This document shows, piece after piece, positions 18,845 to 27,838 of a stretch of 42,756 nt of DNA (position 1 is its first letter; the number at the start of each line of letters is the position of its first letter). The notes under the pieces were generated by a model. That model saw nothing but the letters and a program-made list of their open reading frames with translations. It did not search any database and was not told the DNA's origin. The position numbers and the translations under genes were made by a program. The DNA comes from Minisyncoccota bacterium (GTDB lineage: Bacteria; Patescibacteriota; Minisyncoccia; Phycocordibacterales; EsbW-18). The stretch spans positions 1 to 42,756 of the forward strand of contig JAPXOG010000002.1 of NCBI GenBank assembly GCA_033811555.1, read 5' to 3'.

Positions 18845-19861
18845 TTATTGAGATTTTAGATCTAAGGCTAGGGTAGAAAATTCTTTCGCCACATTTGTAT
18901 AAGAACGATTAAAAGACAATTCTTTTATTCGGTTTATATATGTAGTATATATAGTATCATTTACCATTCTTACTATTGCTTCGGCTATTTCAGAAACTGA
19001 AAGCGGATCTACATAAATCATTGCGTGTCCTATTCGTTTTTCTAGACCTGTTTCCCGTGTGATAATCACTGGCTTTCCTAAAGAAAGAGCCTCGATTGCA
19101 AAATTAGGCGATATATCGCTAAGAGATACTAGAATAGCGCAATACGAACCCGCTAGTTTTTCCATTGCTTCTTTGTGTGAAATATTAAAGTATAAATCTA
19201 GTTCTATTTCTGGGTGTTTTTGTTTAGCGATATCAAAAGCCTTCTTGAGATTTTCAATATTCTTCAACCTAATTGGCCGTGCTACACATATAAAATTCTT
19301 CCTAGTAGGGCTAAGCGAATTTATTGAAACACCATGAAATGCATTTTCAATAATTGAAGTTTTATTTAGATCAAGATCATATGGTTCTTTCCATATGCGC
19401 CGTTGATATTCGGAATTAAAAACTACATGATCGGCCCGTGACAACACCCACTTCGTCAAACGAAAAATAGTTTGCTCTTTTTTCGTAAAATACCGATGAC
19501 CTGCATAAAACTCGGAGAAAATCACTAACTTGGCAGTCCTTTCTACATACTGCTCCCATAGAAAATCCCCTCCTGTACGAATAATCATTTTCCCACCAAA
19601 CCATTTTTTCATAAGTGCTACGGGTACAGCAACTGAAAACGTATCCATTACTATTGCAGTATCTGCCCAAAGATATGCTGGAAGTGTTTTTATGAAAAAT
19701 ACTGCATGTCGAATGCCTGTCGGCAACCATCGTTCAATGGTAAACGTACGAACAGAAACCTTATGACCTAGAGCCAGAAGTTCATCTCGTAGATTTTTAC
19801 TGTAATAAGATGGGCCTCCTGCATGTGGAGGAAAAATACCTGTTGCAATTAAGATCTTCAT
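18845..19861 (-). CDS. Glycosyltransferase (GT-B, GT4-like)
   Basis: Begins MKILIATGIFPPHAGGPSYY and has the C-terminal region 'LSDISPNFAIEALSLGKPVIIT'. Confidence 0.7.
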   Translation of the reverse strand: MKILIATGIFPPHAGGPSYYSKNLRDELLALGHKVSVRTFTIERWLPTGIRHAVFFIKTLPAYLWADTAIVMDTFSVAVPVALMKKWFGGKMIIRTGGDFLWEQYVERTAKLVIFSEFYAGHRYFTKKEQTIFRLTKWVLSRADHVVFNSEYQRRIWKEPYDLDLNKTSIIENAFHGVSINSLSPTRKNFICVARPIRLKNIENLKKAFDIAKQKHPEIELDLYFNISHKEAMEKLAGSYCAILVSLSDISPNFAIEALSLGKPVIITRETGLEKRIGHAMIYVDPLSVSEIAEAIVRMVNDTIYTTYINRIKELSFNRSYTNVAKEFSTLALDLKSQ

Positions 19862-21057
19862 GTTATGTGTAAAACGCGCGCTATATCACGTGCGATAACA
19901 TCCCAATCATATTTCTCAACTACCATTTTTCGTGCATTTCGCACCACTGTTTGTACTTCATCTGGAGAATCTAGAATATGTTGAACTGTTCTTGCAATAT
20001 CTTCTGGAGAATCTACATCCACCGCAAATCCTGTAGTAGCAACATCAGGATTGCGATGAGCATCAAACAAAAAATCTGCTATACCTCCAACTTGTGTCGC
20101 AATAACAGGTATTTCTGCTGCCATCGCCTCTATAAACGATGTACCAAAACCCTCTGACCTACTCGGTCGTATAAATATATCACTTGCACGCAAATAAGAA
20201 GGCAATTTCTTAAGTCCCGGATGATCTAGCAGATGTACACGATGAGCAACGCCTAAATCCTCAGCTAGTTTTTCTAGCTTCTGTCGATCAGGGCCGAGAC
20301 CTAGATTAATAAAATGCACTTTTTTCGGTATTAACGGTAATGCTTGTATGACTATATCGAGTGCGTTTTTATGTACAAGTCGAGAGGTGCTAACTAAGAC
20401 GATATCTTCACTTGAAAAACCCCACTCAGCGCGTATTTGCTCAGAAGGAATATCTGATTTCAAGAACTCAGAAACTGAAGCACCGTTTGGTATAAGAAAG
20501 GGTTCTCCCTTATACCCCATTTGTTTTGCGAATGTACCGAGATAATTCGAAATAACTTGTACGCGTGTGGCGTCACGAAATACTTTCTTTAACAAAGGAG
20601 AGACTACCTTAATTCGTAAGCGCTTAGTTATATGACTGAAAGTGTCTCCGTCTTGAAGCGTCAAAACAAACGGAACTCGCATACCAAACATACGAGCAAG
20701 CACGGCTGGAAATCCCATATAAGTCATCAAACACCACATTGTATCGTACGGTTTATGACGATGCAGTGAGTGTGCCTTCCAAGAAGCGAGAAGCGGATAC
20801 AACGTCTTAATTAGATACCAAGGTGAATGCACTAAAGATTCATACGTAATGCCTTTTCGTGCGGGCCCTACGCGGTACACAGTGATATTTCCAACCCGCT
20901 CAACTCGAGGAAGTTGTGCATCAGCTCGTAGCGTTATCATGTCAAATTCAATTTCATCTGAAGAAATCCTGTCGGTAATTTCTTTTATTGCAAGTTCAGC
21001 CCCACCCCAAAAGGGACTGTACATAAGAGAAAAGATAAGAACCCTTCGTTTATTCAT
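19858..21057 (-). CDS. Glycosyltransferase family 4 (GT-B)
   Basis: Begins MNKRRVLIFSLMYSPFWGGAE and contains 'IFIRPSRSEGFGTSFIEAMAAEIPVIATQVGG'. The ATG at 21057 is preferred. Confidence 0.85.
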   Translation of the reverse strand: MNKRRVLIFSLMYSPFWGGAELAIKEITDRISSDEIEFDMITLRADAQLPRVERVGNITVYRVGPARKGITYESLVHSPWYLIKTLYPLLASWKAHSLHRHKPYDTMWCLMTYMGFPAVLARMFGMRVPFVLTLQDGDTFSHITKRLRIKVVSPLLKKVFRDATRVQVISNYLGTFAKQMGYKGEPFLIPNGASVSEFLKSDIPSEQIRAEWGFSSEDIVLVSTSRLVHKNALDIVIQALPLIPKKVHFINLGLGPDRQKLEKLAEDLGVAHRVHLLDHPGLKKLPSYLRASDIFIRPSRSEGFGTSFIEAMAAEIPVIATQVGGIADFLFDAHRNPDVATTGFAVDVDSPEDIARTVQHILDSPDEVQTVVRNARKMVVEKYDWDVIARDIARVLHIT

Positions 21058-21103
21058 TACTCCATAGTAGCAAGATTGTATATATAGGCGCAAAGACCAA
21101 TTA

Positions 21104-21226
21104 TTACTCTATTATTTCTATCTCATCTGAAGGCGATACCTCTTCTTGGTCATCGCTTTCAAACGCTCGAACAGCAAAAACAGCACATACTCCACCAAAC
21201 AAACCAACTAACAATACCCACAGCAT
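21104..21226 (-). CDS. Candidate 40-aa single-TM micro-protein with an acidic tail (MLWVLLVGLFGGVCAVFAVRAFESDDQEEVSPSDEIEIIE)
   Basis: My own translation. The ATG lies 5 nt after the LTD-protein stop, and the TAA is at 21104-21106. It exactly fills the gap between two genes. Confidence 0.3.
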   Translation of the reverse strand: MLWVLLVGLFGGVCAVFAVRAFESDDQEEVSPSDEIEIIE

Positions 21227-21230
21227 ACTA

Positions 21231-22340
21231 TTACCAAGACGCAGTAACTCTTCCGTTTGGCAACACCAAATCTATTCGATCTGCCTCTGAAAGAGCAATA
21301 TTTGTTATGGCAGATGGAAACGGCACTGCTGTTTCAGGTGCAATCATCGTTCCTAGCGGAATAGTAAATGTTTTTGTTTTCTTTTTGCCATTTCGTAAGT
21401 ATTTAGCTCTAATTTCCCACAACGAAAGATCCAGAGCCGTAGCACTTTTATTGTGTAACGTAATGTACCCATCAGAACCTGCTGTAGCATCAGTAATTGC
21501 GACATCTGCTGTTGTTACCCTTACCAACACAGAATCCTTAGCATCCTGCTCTCCGTCAGTAACGTATAGTGCCGCTATGTACGTGCCAGGAAAATGATAA
21601 ATATGTCGTGGCGCTCGCATATTTGATATGGATCCGTCTCCAAAAGCCCAACGATATTTCACTCCAGATATAGGCCCATTCTTATCATCTACACCAAACG
21701 CCTTGAAAAATACATAAGCTCCAGAAACCGATTCAATATCTTGTCCCGCGTATGCATAAACTATTTGCTTATAACCGTCAGTTGATTTCTTTGTCGTTGT
21801 TGCTTTAGTGCTAGTACCAGCAACTTCACCTTTATCGTCAGGCAATTTTGTATTTTCACTACTATTTACTGCTCGAGGCGTTGGTACTCCAGTAATCCAG
21901 GTGCCGTCTGCTTGTCGTTGCGCTGTATGTTTAGTGGTGTTATCTCCTCCAATCGACCATCCGGGACCACCGCGCACTACATCAACCTCTGAGCCATTTG
22001 AATCCAAAAGCAAAAGGTTTTCTGTTTCATTGCTTAAAACTCCTGTATAAATAATATCTGCAGTAATACCCGGCACCGACTCATCATCAGTGCGCTCAAG
22101 TAAAAAATATCCACCCGCTTCAATAGTTCCAGAAAGTGATATAGTCGGAGATCCGTCTTCTGCACGTAATATCCACCCAGCAAGCGACACAGATTCGGTT
22201 CCAGTATTGTACAGTTCAATCCATTCATCATTTGCCGAAACTGCAGTACCCATCCACGCTATTTCATTAATAATTACTGACGCTTGCGCCGACAAAGGAA
22301 GCAATACCACGGCGCATAAAAAATATATGCAGTATTTCAT
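21231..22340 (-). CDS. Secreted protein with lamin-tail domain (LTD) - PKD - LTD architecture
   Basis: Signal peptide MKYCIYFLCAVVLLPLSAQA. The first LTD is 'VIINEIAWMGTAVSANDEWIELYNTG...LAGW'. The PKD-like segment is 'YRWAFGDGS...HIYHFPGTYIAALYVTDG'. The second LTD-like segment is 'GYITLHNKSATALDLSLWEI'. Confidence 0.78.
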   Translation of the reverse strand: MKYCIYFLCAVVLLPLSAQASVIINEIAWMGTAVSANDEWIELYNTGTESVSLAGWILRAEDGSPTISLSGTIEAGGYFLLERTDDESVPGITADIIYTGVLSNETENLLLLDSNGSEVDVVRGGPGWSIGGDNTTKHTAQRQADGTWITGVPTPRAVNSSENTKLPDDKGEVAGTSTKATTTKKSTDGYKQIVYAYAGQDIESVSGAYVFFKAFGVDDKNGPISGVKYRWAFGDGSISNMRAPRHIYHFPGTYIAALYVTDGEQDAKDSVLVRVTTADVAITDATAGSDGYITLHNKSATALDLSLWEIRAKYLRNGKKKTKTFTIPLGTMIAPETAVPFPSAITNIALSEADRIDLVLPNGRVTASW

Positions 22341-22448
22341 ATGCAGATATACTGTTATTAATGTGGTTTCATTAAAAAACCGTGTACAACAATACACGGC
22401 ATATCTGAAGAAAAAATAAAGATGAGGAGCGTAGAGATATAAGTTTCC

Positions 22449-24200
22449 TTACTTTTCCTCTTTTGTCTTAAAAAGATCTTTCAGGACTTGCTCTGGGACT
22501 TCTTGAGGTTTTTGTTGTTTCTGACTCTGTTGTTGTAGTGATTCAGATTGTAGAGTTTTTTGTGGATGTTCTTCTTTCTTTTGCGTAGACGGTATTTCCT
22601 GTTTATTAGAATTTGCCTGGGCTTCACCAACTACTGCGTTTAATGCTGCTCGTAATTCAGAGAGATGCGCCTGTGATGGACCTTTAGATTTCTTTTTCTG
22701 TTTATGTTTTTTAAAATCAGAGTGACGTAAATTTGAGAGCGACACGGCTTTTCGCAATTCACGTTCACGCTCAGAATCCTGCCTGGGAGCATTCCAACGG
22801 TCTAACGGTTTTTTGCCTTCAAATTTTTGAGTACGCGGGTCATCACCACGTCGTTTTTCTTTTGGTACATCATTATCTTTTTTCTCAAACGCCTGCTTTC
22901 CATACTCTTTCTGATGCCATTTAAGAATTTCATTTTCAACAACTGCTCGTTGTCTTGAAAATTGACTCCGCGAACGCGCAATCACCACATCTCGATATGA
23001 AATAGACGGGGGTTCTATTGGCGGCAATCCTCCTGCAGAAAAAGGAGCAGACGCCATACCATCAATCATCAGCTTGAGATACATCTTAAACGCACCAAGA
23101 TTGACAAGATCTTCTGCGGTAAAAGCTGGGACGAATTCTTTTTCTAGATATTCAGCGTCAATTGCACCTACTCGGAAAGAAACCATCGTGCCAACGTTTC
23201 CAAATACGGCCGCGCGAACTTCATCACTCATCTGTTCAATGTATTGATGCGCGATTGTGAGATTTAATTTATACTTACGTGCCTCCGATAAAATATCAGC
23301 AAACGATTCATTTGCAAATGACTGAAACTCGTCTACATAGAGATAGAAGTTCGGTAACTTGTTAAGTTCTGTTTCACGCAAGTCAGCGCGCGACATCGCA
23401 GCAAGGTATATTTTTGTGATAAGCATTGAACCTAGAAGATTCGCACTATCTTCACCAACCTGACCTTTTGATAGGTTAATTATGAGAATTTTCTGATCGT
23501 CCATGATCTGCCGTATATTGAATGTGGACTTTGGCTGACCAATTATGTTGCGTATAACTGGGTTTGCAGTAAATTGACCGACTTTGTTTTGAATCGCAGG
23601 CGTTGCGTCTTGTGCAAAACGATCGGTATAATTTGCAAACTCACCTTCCCAAAAAGATTTAACTCCAGGGTCTGTGATATGAGAAATTACATCTTTTCGA
23701 TATTCCCTATCAACTAACATCCTATTGACACCCAAAAGAGTTGAACCTGGATACTCCAATAGAGCCAATATAGTGTTGTTAAGGATATACTCCATGCGTG
23801 CAGACCATGCGTCCACCCAAATTTTCTTAAATGCAGACATCAAGCCCGCCGACACAAGATGACGTTTATCTGTGCCAACATCTTCCATTACATTAAATGA
23901 AACCGGATTACTGAGATCAAACGGCGCAAAATATAAAACATCATCTACACGCTCTTTAGGAATATATTCCAAAAGCAAATCGGCGCTTTTTCCATGTGGA
24001 TCGATAAACGCAAAACCTTCTCCATTCTGAATATCCTGTACTGCCATGTTCTCCAGAAGTGTTGATTTACCAGTTCCAGTTTTTCCAATGGCGTAAATAT
24101 GTCGAGGCCTGTCTTTTGCTTTAATACCAAATTTCACCCTTTTATTGCGGTAGTCGGTTTCACCTATATATGTGATGCGATTAGGATCGTACAGTGCCAT
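22449..24200 (-). CDS. VirD4/TraD-like type IV secretion coupling-protein ATPase (soluble form) with a long Lys/Gln/Glu-rich C-terminal tail
   Basis: Walker A 'IGKTGTGKSTLL' and 'FAFIDPHGKSADLL'. The Walker B / TraG-D_C-like region is 'FYLYVDEFQSFANESFADILSEARKYKLNLTIAHQY'. The ATG at 24200 (MALYDPNRITY) is preferred. Confidence 0.78.
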   Translation of the reverse strand: MALYDPNRITYIGETDYRNKRVKFGIKAKDRPRHIYAIGKTGTGKSTLLENMAVQDIQNGEGFAFIDPHGKSADLLLEYIPKERVDDVLYFAPFDLSNPVSFNVMEDVGTDKRHLVSAGLMSAFKKIWVDAWSARMEYILNNTILALLEYPGSTLLGVNRMLVDREYRKDVISHITDPGVKSFWEGEFANYTDRFAQDATPAIQNKVGQFTANPVIRNIIGQPKSTFNIRQIMDDQKILIINLSKGQVGEDSANLLGSMLITKIYLAAMSRADLRETELNKLPNFYLYVDEFQSFANESFADILSEARKYKLNLTIAHQYIEQMSDEVRAAVFGNVGTMVSFRVGAIDAEYLEKEFVPAFTAEDLVNLGAFKMYLKLMIDGMASAPFSAGGLPPIEPPSISYRDVVIARSRSQFSRQRAVVENEILKWHQKEYGKQAFEKKDNDVPKEKRRGDDPRTQKFEGKKPLDRWNAPRQDSERERELRKAVSLSNLRHSDFKKHKQKKKSKGPSQAHLSELRAALNAVVGEAQANSNKQEIPSTQKKEEHPQKTLQSESLQQQSQKQQKPQEVPEQVLKDLFKTKEEK

Positions 24201-24270
24201 AAAATGAGTTTGCAAAGAAGCGATGCCTGCACAAGCAAGCATACTTACATTCAGTATAAAACAGAAACTC

Positions 24271-24316
24271 AAAAGAAAAAGCGCCGAGCGCAGGTTCTTT
24301 GAACCCCACGCTCGGC
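24271..24316 (-). terminator. Intrinsic terminator after the two-gene cassette
   Basis: GCCGAGCG...(GGUUC-AAA-GAACC)...CGCUCGGC followed by a U-rich run on the minus strand, 9 nt after the stop at 24325. Confidence 0.65.
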
Positions 24317-24324
24317 ACTAACTA

Positions 24325-24627
24325 TCACACCACGCGGAACCCAATCCACCCCGCATGTTCAAGGCGATCATCGAGAGTGATCCTCAATACCCCTCTGTTC
24401 CCGAACACACGGGCGAGAAACAGAGCTACCCTGTGGAGCTCGTTTGGACACAAGATGCCTTCCACGAGCCCCTCGAGCTGAAGAGGTGGCTTGCCGGGAA
24501 CATCCCAGCGGGCAAAACTTTGCCCCCGCTGGATCCTACACCTGAAGTACCCCCTCTCGAAATTCACTCGAAAGAGGATTAGGTCATTGACCTCAATCTT
24601 CTGGTTACCTTCCACGAAGCTAATCAT
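24325..24627 (-). CDS. Hypothetical protein, 100 aa (cassette gene 2)
   Basis: Begins MISFVEGNQKIEVNDL. GGAGGG lies 4 nt upstream of the ATG, and the ATG is 1 nt after the stop of the upstream ORF. Codon third positions are G/C-rich. No family is recognised. Confidence 0.6.
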   Translation of the reverse strand: MISFVEGNQKIEVNDLILFRVNFERGYFRCRIQRGQSFARWDVPGKPPLQLEGLVEGILCPNELHRVALFLARVFGNRGVLRITLDDRLEHAGWIGFRVV

Positions 24628-24628
24628 A

Positions 24629-25027
24629 CTACCCTCCTTTCTGCGAAACCCGTTTGATGAGACCGCGCGTGATTTCGCGTACTGTAAATCCACTACGAGG
24701 AGTCTGCCCGAGCGCCTCCTTAACTTCGCGCCATACACCTGGATCTTCCCCCTCGTGCAAATCTGGTTCAACTGTACAAAGCACGCCTTGACCATTGACG
24801 ACAAAACGCCAAATTCCGGCGTGTAAATACTTCGCTGGTCCATGCCTCCTCGTGCGCGAGCGCAGGATTCCTTCGGAAATCCCGTGGCATGGCTCAGCTA
24901 ACGCGATGAGAAAAGCGATCTCATCGTAGTCAGAGAGCCCTTTCGTGCCCGTAAGGCCTAGTCGAGCTCTCCACTGTCTGTACCTCCGTACAACGTGGAC
25001 ACTAATTACTACTCGTTCTGACTCCAT
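24629..25027 (-). CDS. Hypothetical protein, 132 aa (cassette gene 1)
   Basis: Begins MESERVVISVHVVRRYRQW. AAAGGAGG lies 4 nt upstream of the ATG at 25027. No family is recognised. Confidence 0.6.
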   Translation of the reverse strand: MESERVVISVHVVRRYRQWRARLGLTGTKGLSDYDEIAFLIALAEPCHGISEGILRSRTRRHGPAKYLHAGIWRFVVNGQGVLCTVEPDLHEGEDPGVWREVKEALGQTPRSGFTVREITRGLIKRVSQKGG

Positions 25028-25200
25028 CCTTCCTCCTTTCAAGTGTGAGCCATTGTATATTCTAAAAACACCCTACCTTCAGAAATGCCAAAAAGCAAGC
25101 CGTATCACACCAGACGTCACTTGTGTATATAACGCATTTGCGCAAGAAATTTATGCAAACCAAAACGCTCGTAAAGTACATTTAATCCCATTTAACTCAC

Positions 25201-25240
25201 AAAAAGAAAAAAGACTGCCACTAAACGTCAAGCGACAGTC
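25201..25240 (-). terminator. Intrinsic terminator after the 73-aa ORF
   Basis: A 10-bp stem pairs GACUGUCGCU with AGUGGCAGUC (two G-U pairs), followed by UUUUUUCUUUUU on the minus strand. Confidence 0.55.
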
Positions 25241-25252
25241 GGACCCTCTTTT

Positions 25253-25474
25253 TTAATCCTGGAACCCACGATTTCTTACGTGGATTCCGTTTAAAATGCA
25301 TAGACCCCATATAACAAGTGGGATCCACACAAAACAAAACCCCGCCTCCAACCCAGAGAAAATACCGTACATCCAGAATGAGAATGAGCCGAAAGTAAAT
25401 AAAACAAGAGGAAGAAAAAAATATCCGGCGCCTGCAACCGCATTGCCAAAAACAAACCTCACACATGCTTTCAT
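25253..25474 (-). CDS. Small two-TM membrane protein, 73 aa
   Basis: Begins MKACVRFVFGNAVAGAGYFFLPLVLF. AAGGAGG lies 4 nt upstream of the ATG, and the ORF has its own terminator. Confidence 0.5.
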   Translation of the reverse strand: MKACVRFVFGNAVAGAGYFFLPLVLFTFGSFSFWMYGIFSGLEAGFCFVWIPLVIWGLCILNGIHVRNRGFQD

Positions 25475-25523
25475 AACTCCTCCTTTTGGATGAATTAGAG
25501 AACGTTTCCTTAAAAACAGTACG

Positions 25524-26837
25524 CTATTGCTCCGACGGAGTCAATGTAACAGTATCATTTCGCAATGCTGCTTGCGTATATGTGTTTCCAGCATCCCAAA
25601 GCGCCCAGCTAGTTAGACCTGCATCATAAGTCGCTTGTATCTGAGCACGAACCATGTCCGGCGTATAGATTGCACCGAGATCAAAATCCTGCAACCACGG
25701 ACGCATCTGTTGTACATGAATATTACCGTGCCCTTTGTATGCTTGTGTACGCAAATACTCAGCCTCACTTGTTGTTGCCGTTGAGCCCTTTGCATCAGCT
25801 AGCGCCCGTACACGACGTACTGATTCTTCCATAGAATATTTCACAACCTCATATGGAGCAGTGGCAGGTTTTGCTATTCCAATAAATCCAGAGTTATAGT
25901 GAGATGGATACACCATAGGCATTACAAAATTGAAATAAGGCAAAGCTCTTTCAAGCAACTGTCCTATTCCAAGATCATCACGATTTGTTGTCGTATACCC
26001 AAACAAATCCACCGACAGCGCAGGTACATCTTCGTTGTCTTCCCAAGGCCCTGAAAGCTTGTCATACAAATATGCAAAAAATAGTTCAAGAACATCAGCT
26101 TTTGGTTTTCCTTCTGAATGTGTAAAAGCTATATCTTTCATATTTCCATCTGAAGGATATCGAACATAGTCGTAATTAAGCTCGTCAAATCCAATATCGT
26201 ACGATTCACGAGAGAGTTCTACTATATATTCCCAAAATGGACGTGCACCTACATCAATAAAAGGTAAACCCTTATAGTCTGTCCACACAATTGAAGTATC
26301 ACTTGCTTTTTTTACAGCAAGTTCAGGGTGTTGTTTTGAATACAACGGATCCTGAAATACCGTAATGCGACCTATAACATATATCCCCTTTGCATGAAGT
26401 CTTTCAATAAATGATTTCATGTCAAAAGCGCCACACGCTTCTGACACATACGGCGCAAGTTTTGGATTATCTGTCGGAAATGAGATACCTCCAGAAAAAT
26501 CTTTTATATCAATAATTATCGAATTTAGTTCTGTCGCTTCAACTAGCGCAACTATTTTGTCACGAAATGACGGAGTTCCTACAACACACTGCGTCATATA
26601 CACACCCTTCACAACATCAGGGGTCGGCAGGTGAATTACTTTCGGCGCTCGTACTGGTTCTTCCTCTTGCTCTACAAGTACTGAGTGTTCTGTATCCTTC
26701 TCTACACTTGAATATGTATAAGAGAACAATCCTGGCCCACCTACATATCCCAAAAATAAAATCGCCACCACAAAAAGAGGGATAGCTACATACAAAATAA
26801 AAGTTGAACCCGTAGAGCGTGAAGATCGTTTATTCAT
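25524..26837 (-). CDS. Putative glycoside hydrolase, TIM-barrel (COG1306 / DUF4015-like), N-terminal TM anchor
   Basis: The pattern 'NSIIIDIKDFSGGISF...GIYVIGRITVFQDP...GFDELNYDYVRYPSDG' is typical of this family. The ATG at 26837 overlaps the upstream small ORF by 8 nt. Confidence 0.55.
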   Translation of the reverse strand: MNKRSSRSTGSTFILYVAIPLFVVAILFLGYVGGPGLFSYTYSSVEKDTEHSVLVEQEEEPVRAPKVIHLPTPDVVKGVYMTQCVVGTPSFRDKIVALVEATELNSIIIDIKDFSGGISFPTDNPKLAPYVSEACGAFDMKSFIERLHAKGIYVIGRITVFQDPLYSKQHPELAVKKASDTSIVWTDYKGLPFIDVGARPFWEYIVELSRESYDIGFDELNYDYVRYPSDGNMKDIAFTHSEGKPKADVLELFFAYLYDKLSGPWEDNEDVPALSVDLFGYTTTNRDDLGIGQLLERALPYFNFVMPMVYPSHYNSGFIGIAKPATAPYEVVKYSMEESVRRVRALADAKGSTATTSEAEYLRTQAYKGHGNIHVQQMRPWLQDFDLGAIYTPDMVRAQIQATYDAGLTSWALWDAGNTYTQAALRNDTVTLTPSEQ

Positions 26838-27048
26838 GTGTTTCTGAAGAGGTTGCTTTATGGCCATATCTGGCATATAAACCCCACCCAATTAACAACA
26901 ATCCGATTCCAGCTGACAGCCATTGCTTCCACACCAGAGGAATCCCTACAATCTGTATTACCGCAAGTACAGTGCCTACTCCTAAAACAAAACTCGCATA
27001 ATATGTTTGCATGACACACAGTATAACGCCAAGTGCATCGTTTAACAA
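26830..27048 (-). CDS. Small two-TM membrane protein, up to 72 aa
   Basis: The ORF is hydrophobic and fills the rsmI-hydrolase gap. Its stop overlaps the downstream start (ACATGAATAA). Confidence 0.4.
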   Translation of the reverse strand: MLNDALGVILCVMQTYYASFVLGVGTVLAVIQIVGIPLVWKQWLSAGIGLLLIGWGLYARYGHKATSSETHE

Positions 27049-27060
27049 AATTCTCTCTCC

Positions 27061-27765
27061 CTATTTACCCTCCACAATCACAACAAATTCACCTTTTTGC
27101 TTTTCTTTATTTTCTTCAAAATATTTGAGTATCTCTTGTGCTGTTCCTCGTACGATTTCTTCGTAAATTTTGGTTAATTCACGAGCAACAACTATAGATC
27201 TCTTATCCAATTCACCTGAATCATGAAAAAGTTCTGCAAGAGAAGCAAGCGTCTTCATAATACGGTGTGGAGATTCATAAAAAATGGTTGCACGCTTACT
27301 CTCCTTAATTTCTCTAAATAGCGTCTGCCGTCCTTTTTTATGAGGTAAAAATCCTAAGAAAACAAAATCAGATATAGGCAAACCTGCAATTGAAAGTGCT
27401 GTAGTGAGAGCTGAAGGTCCAGGAATTGCTTCAATACGCACATCAGGAATTCTCTCTCTCACCTTTGCTACAACAACAGATCCGGGATCCGAAACCCCTG
27501 GTGTGCCTGCATCAGTTACCAATCCAACCTTCTTTCCTTCTGTAAGAGCTCCTACCACAGAACCAACTTTTGCATGTTCAGTTCGGGCATTTAGAGATGT
27601 CGTGCGAGTTGTTATGTTGTACTTATCAAGAAGTCGTTTTGTAACGCGCGTATCCTCGCAAAAAATAACATCACATTCCTCAAGTACACGAAGTGCACGA
27701 AGCGTAACATCTTCCAGGTTTCCTATCGGTGTACCAACAACAAATAAAGTTCCTATCGTTTGCAT
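27061..27765 (-). CDS. rsmI: 16S rRNA (cytidine1402-2'-O)-methyltransferase RsmI
   Basis: 'GTLFVVGTPIGNLEDVTLRALRVLEECDVIFCEDTRVTKRLL' is the canonical RsmI N-terminus. The ATG at 27765 is preferred. Confidence 0.92.
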   Translation of the reverse strand: MQTIGTLFVVGTPIGNLEDVTLRALRVLEECDVIFCEDTRVTKRLLDKYNITTRTTSLNARTEHAKVGSVVGALTEGKKVGLVTDAGTPGVSDPGSVVVAKVRERIPDVRIEAIPGPSALTTALSIAGLPISDFVFLGFLPHKKGRQTLFREIKESKRATIFYESPHRIMKTLASLAELFHDSGELDKRSIVVARELTKIYEEIVRGTAQEILKYFEENKEKQKGEFVVIVEGK

Positions 27766-27792
27766 AATAACGGAAGTGTAAAAAGCATTTAC

Positions 27793-27825
27793 TAAAAAAG
27801 CAATGGCGCCCCCGCTGGGGGCGCC
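27793..27825 (-). terminator. Intrinsic terminator after the 246-aa ORF
   Basis: GGCGCCCCC-AGC-GGGGGCGCC followed by AUUGCUUUUUU on the minus strand. Confidence 0.7.
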
Positions 27826-27838
27826 TAAGAAAGAACTA

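Noticed and set aside
24355-24843. + strand ORFs 24355-24582 and 24491-24826, and the 72-codon N-terminal extension of the 172-aa minus-strand ORF
   Set aside because: Open frames on all strands are expected in G+C-rich DNA. Only the two minus-strand frames have properly spaced SD sites, start/stop coupling and a terminator. The GGAGG next to the MDQRS start is only 1 nt from that ATG and lies inside cassette gene 1.
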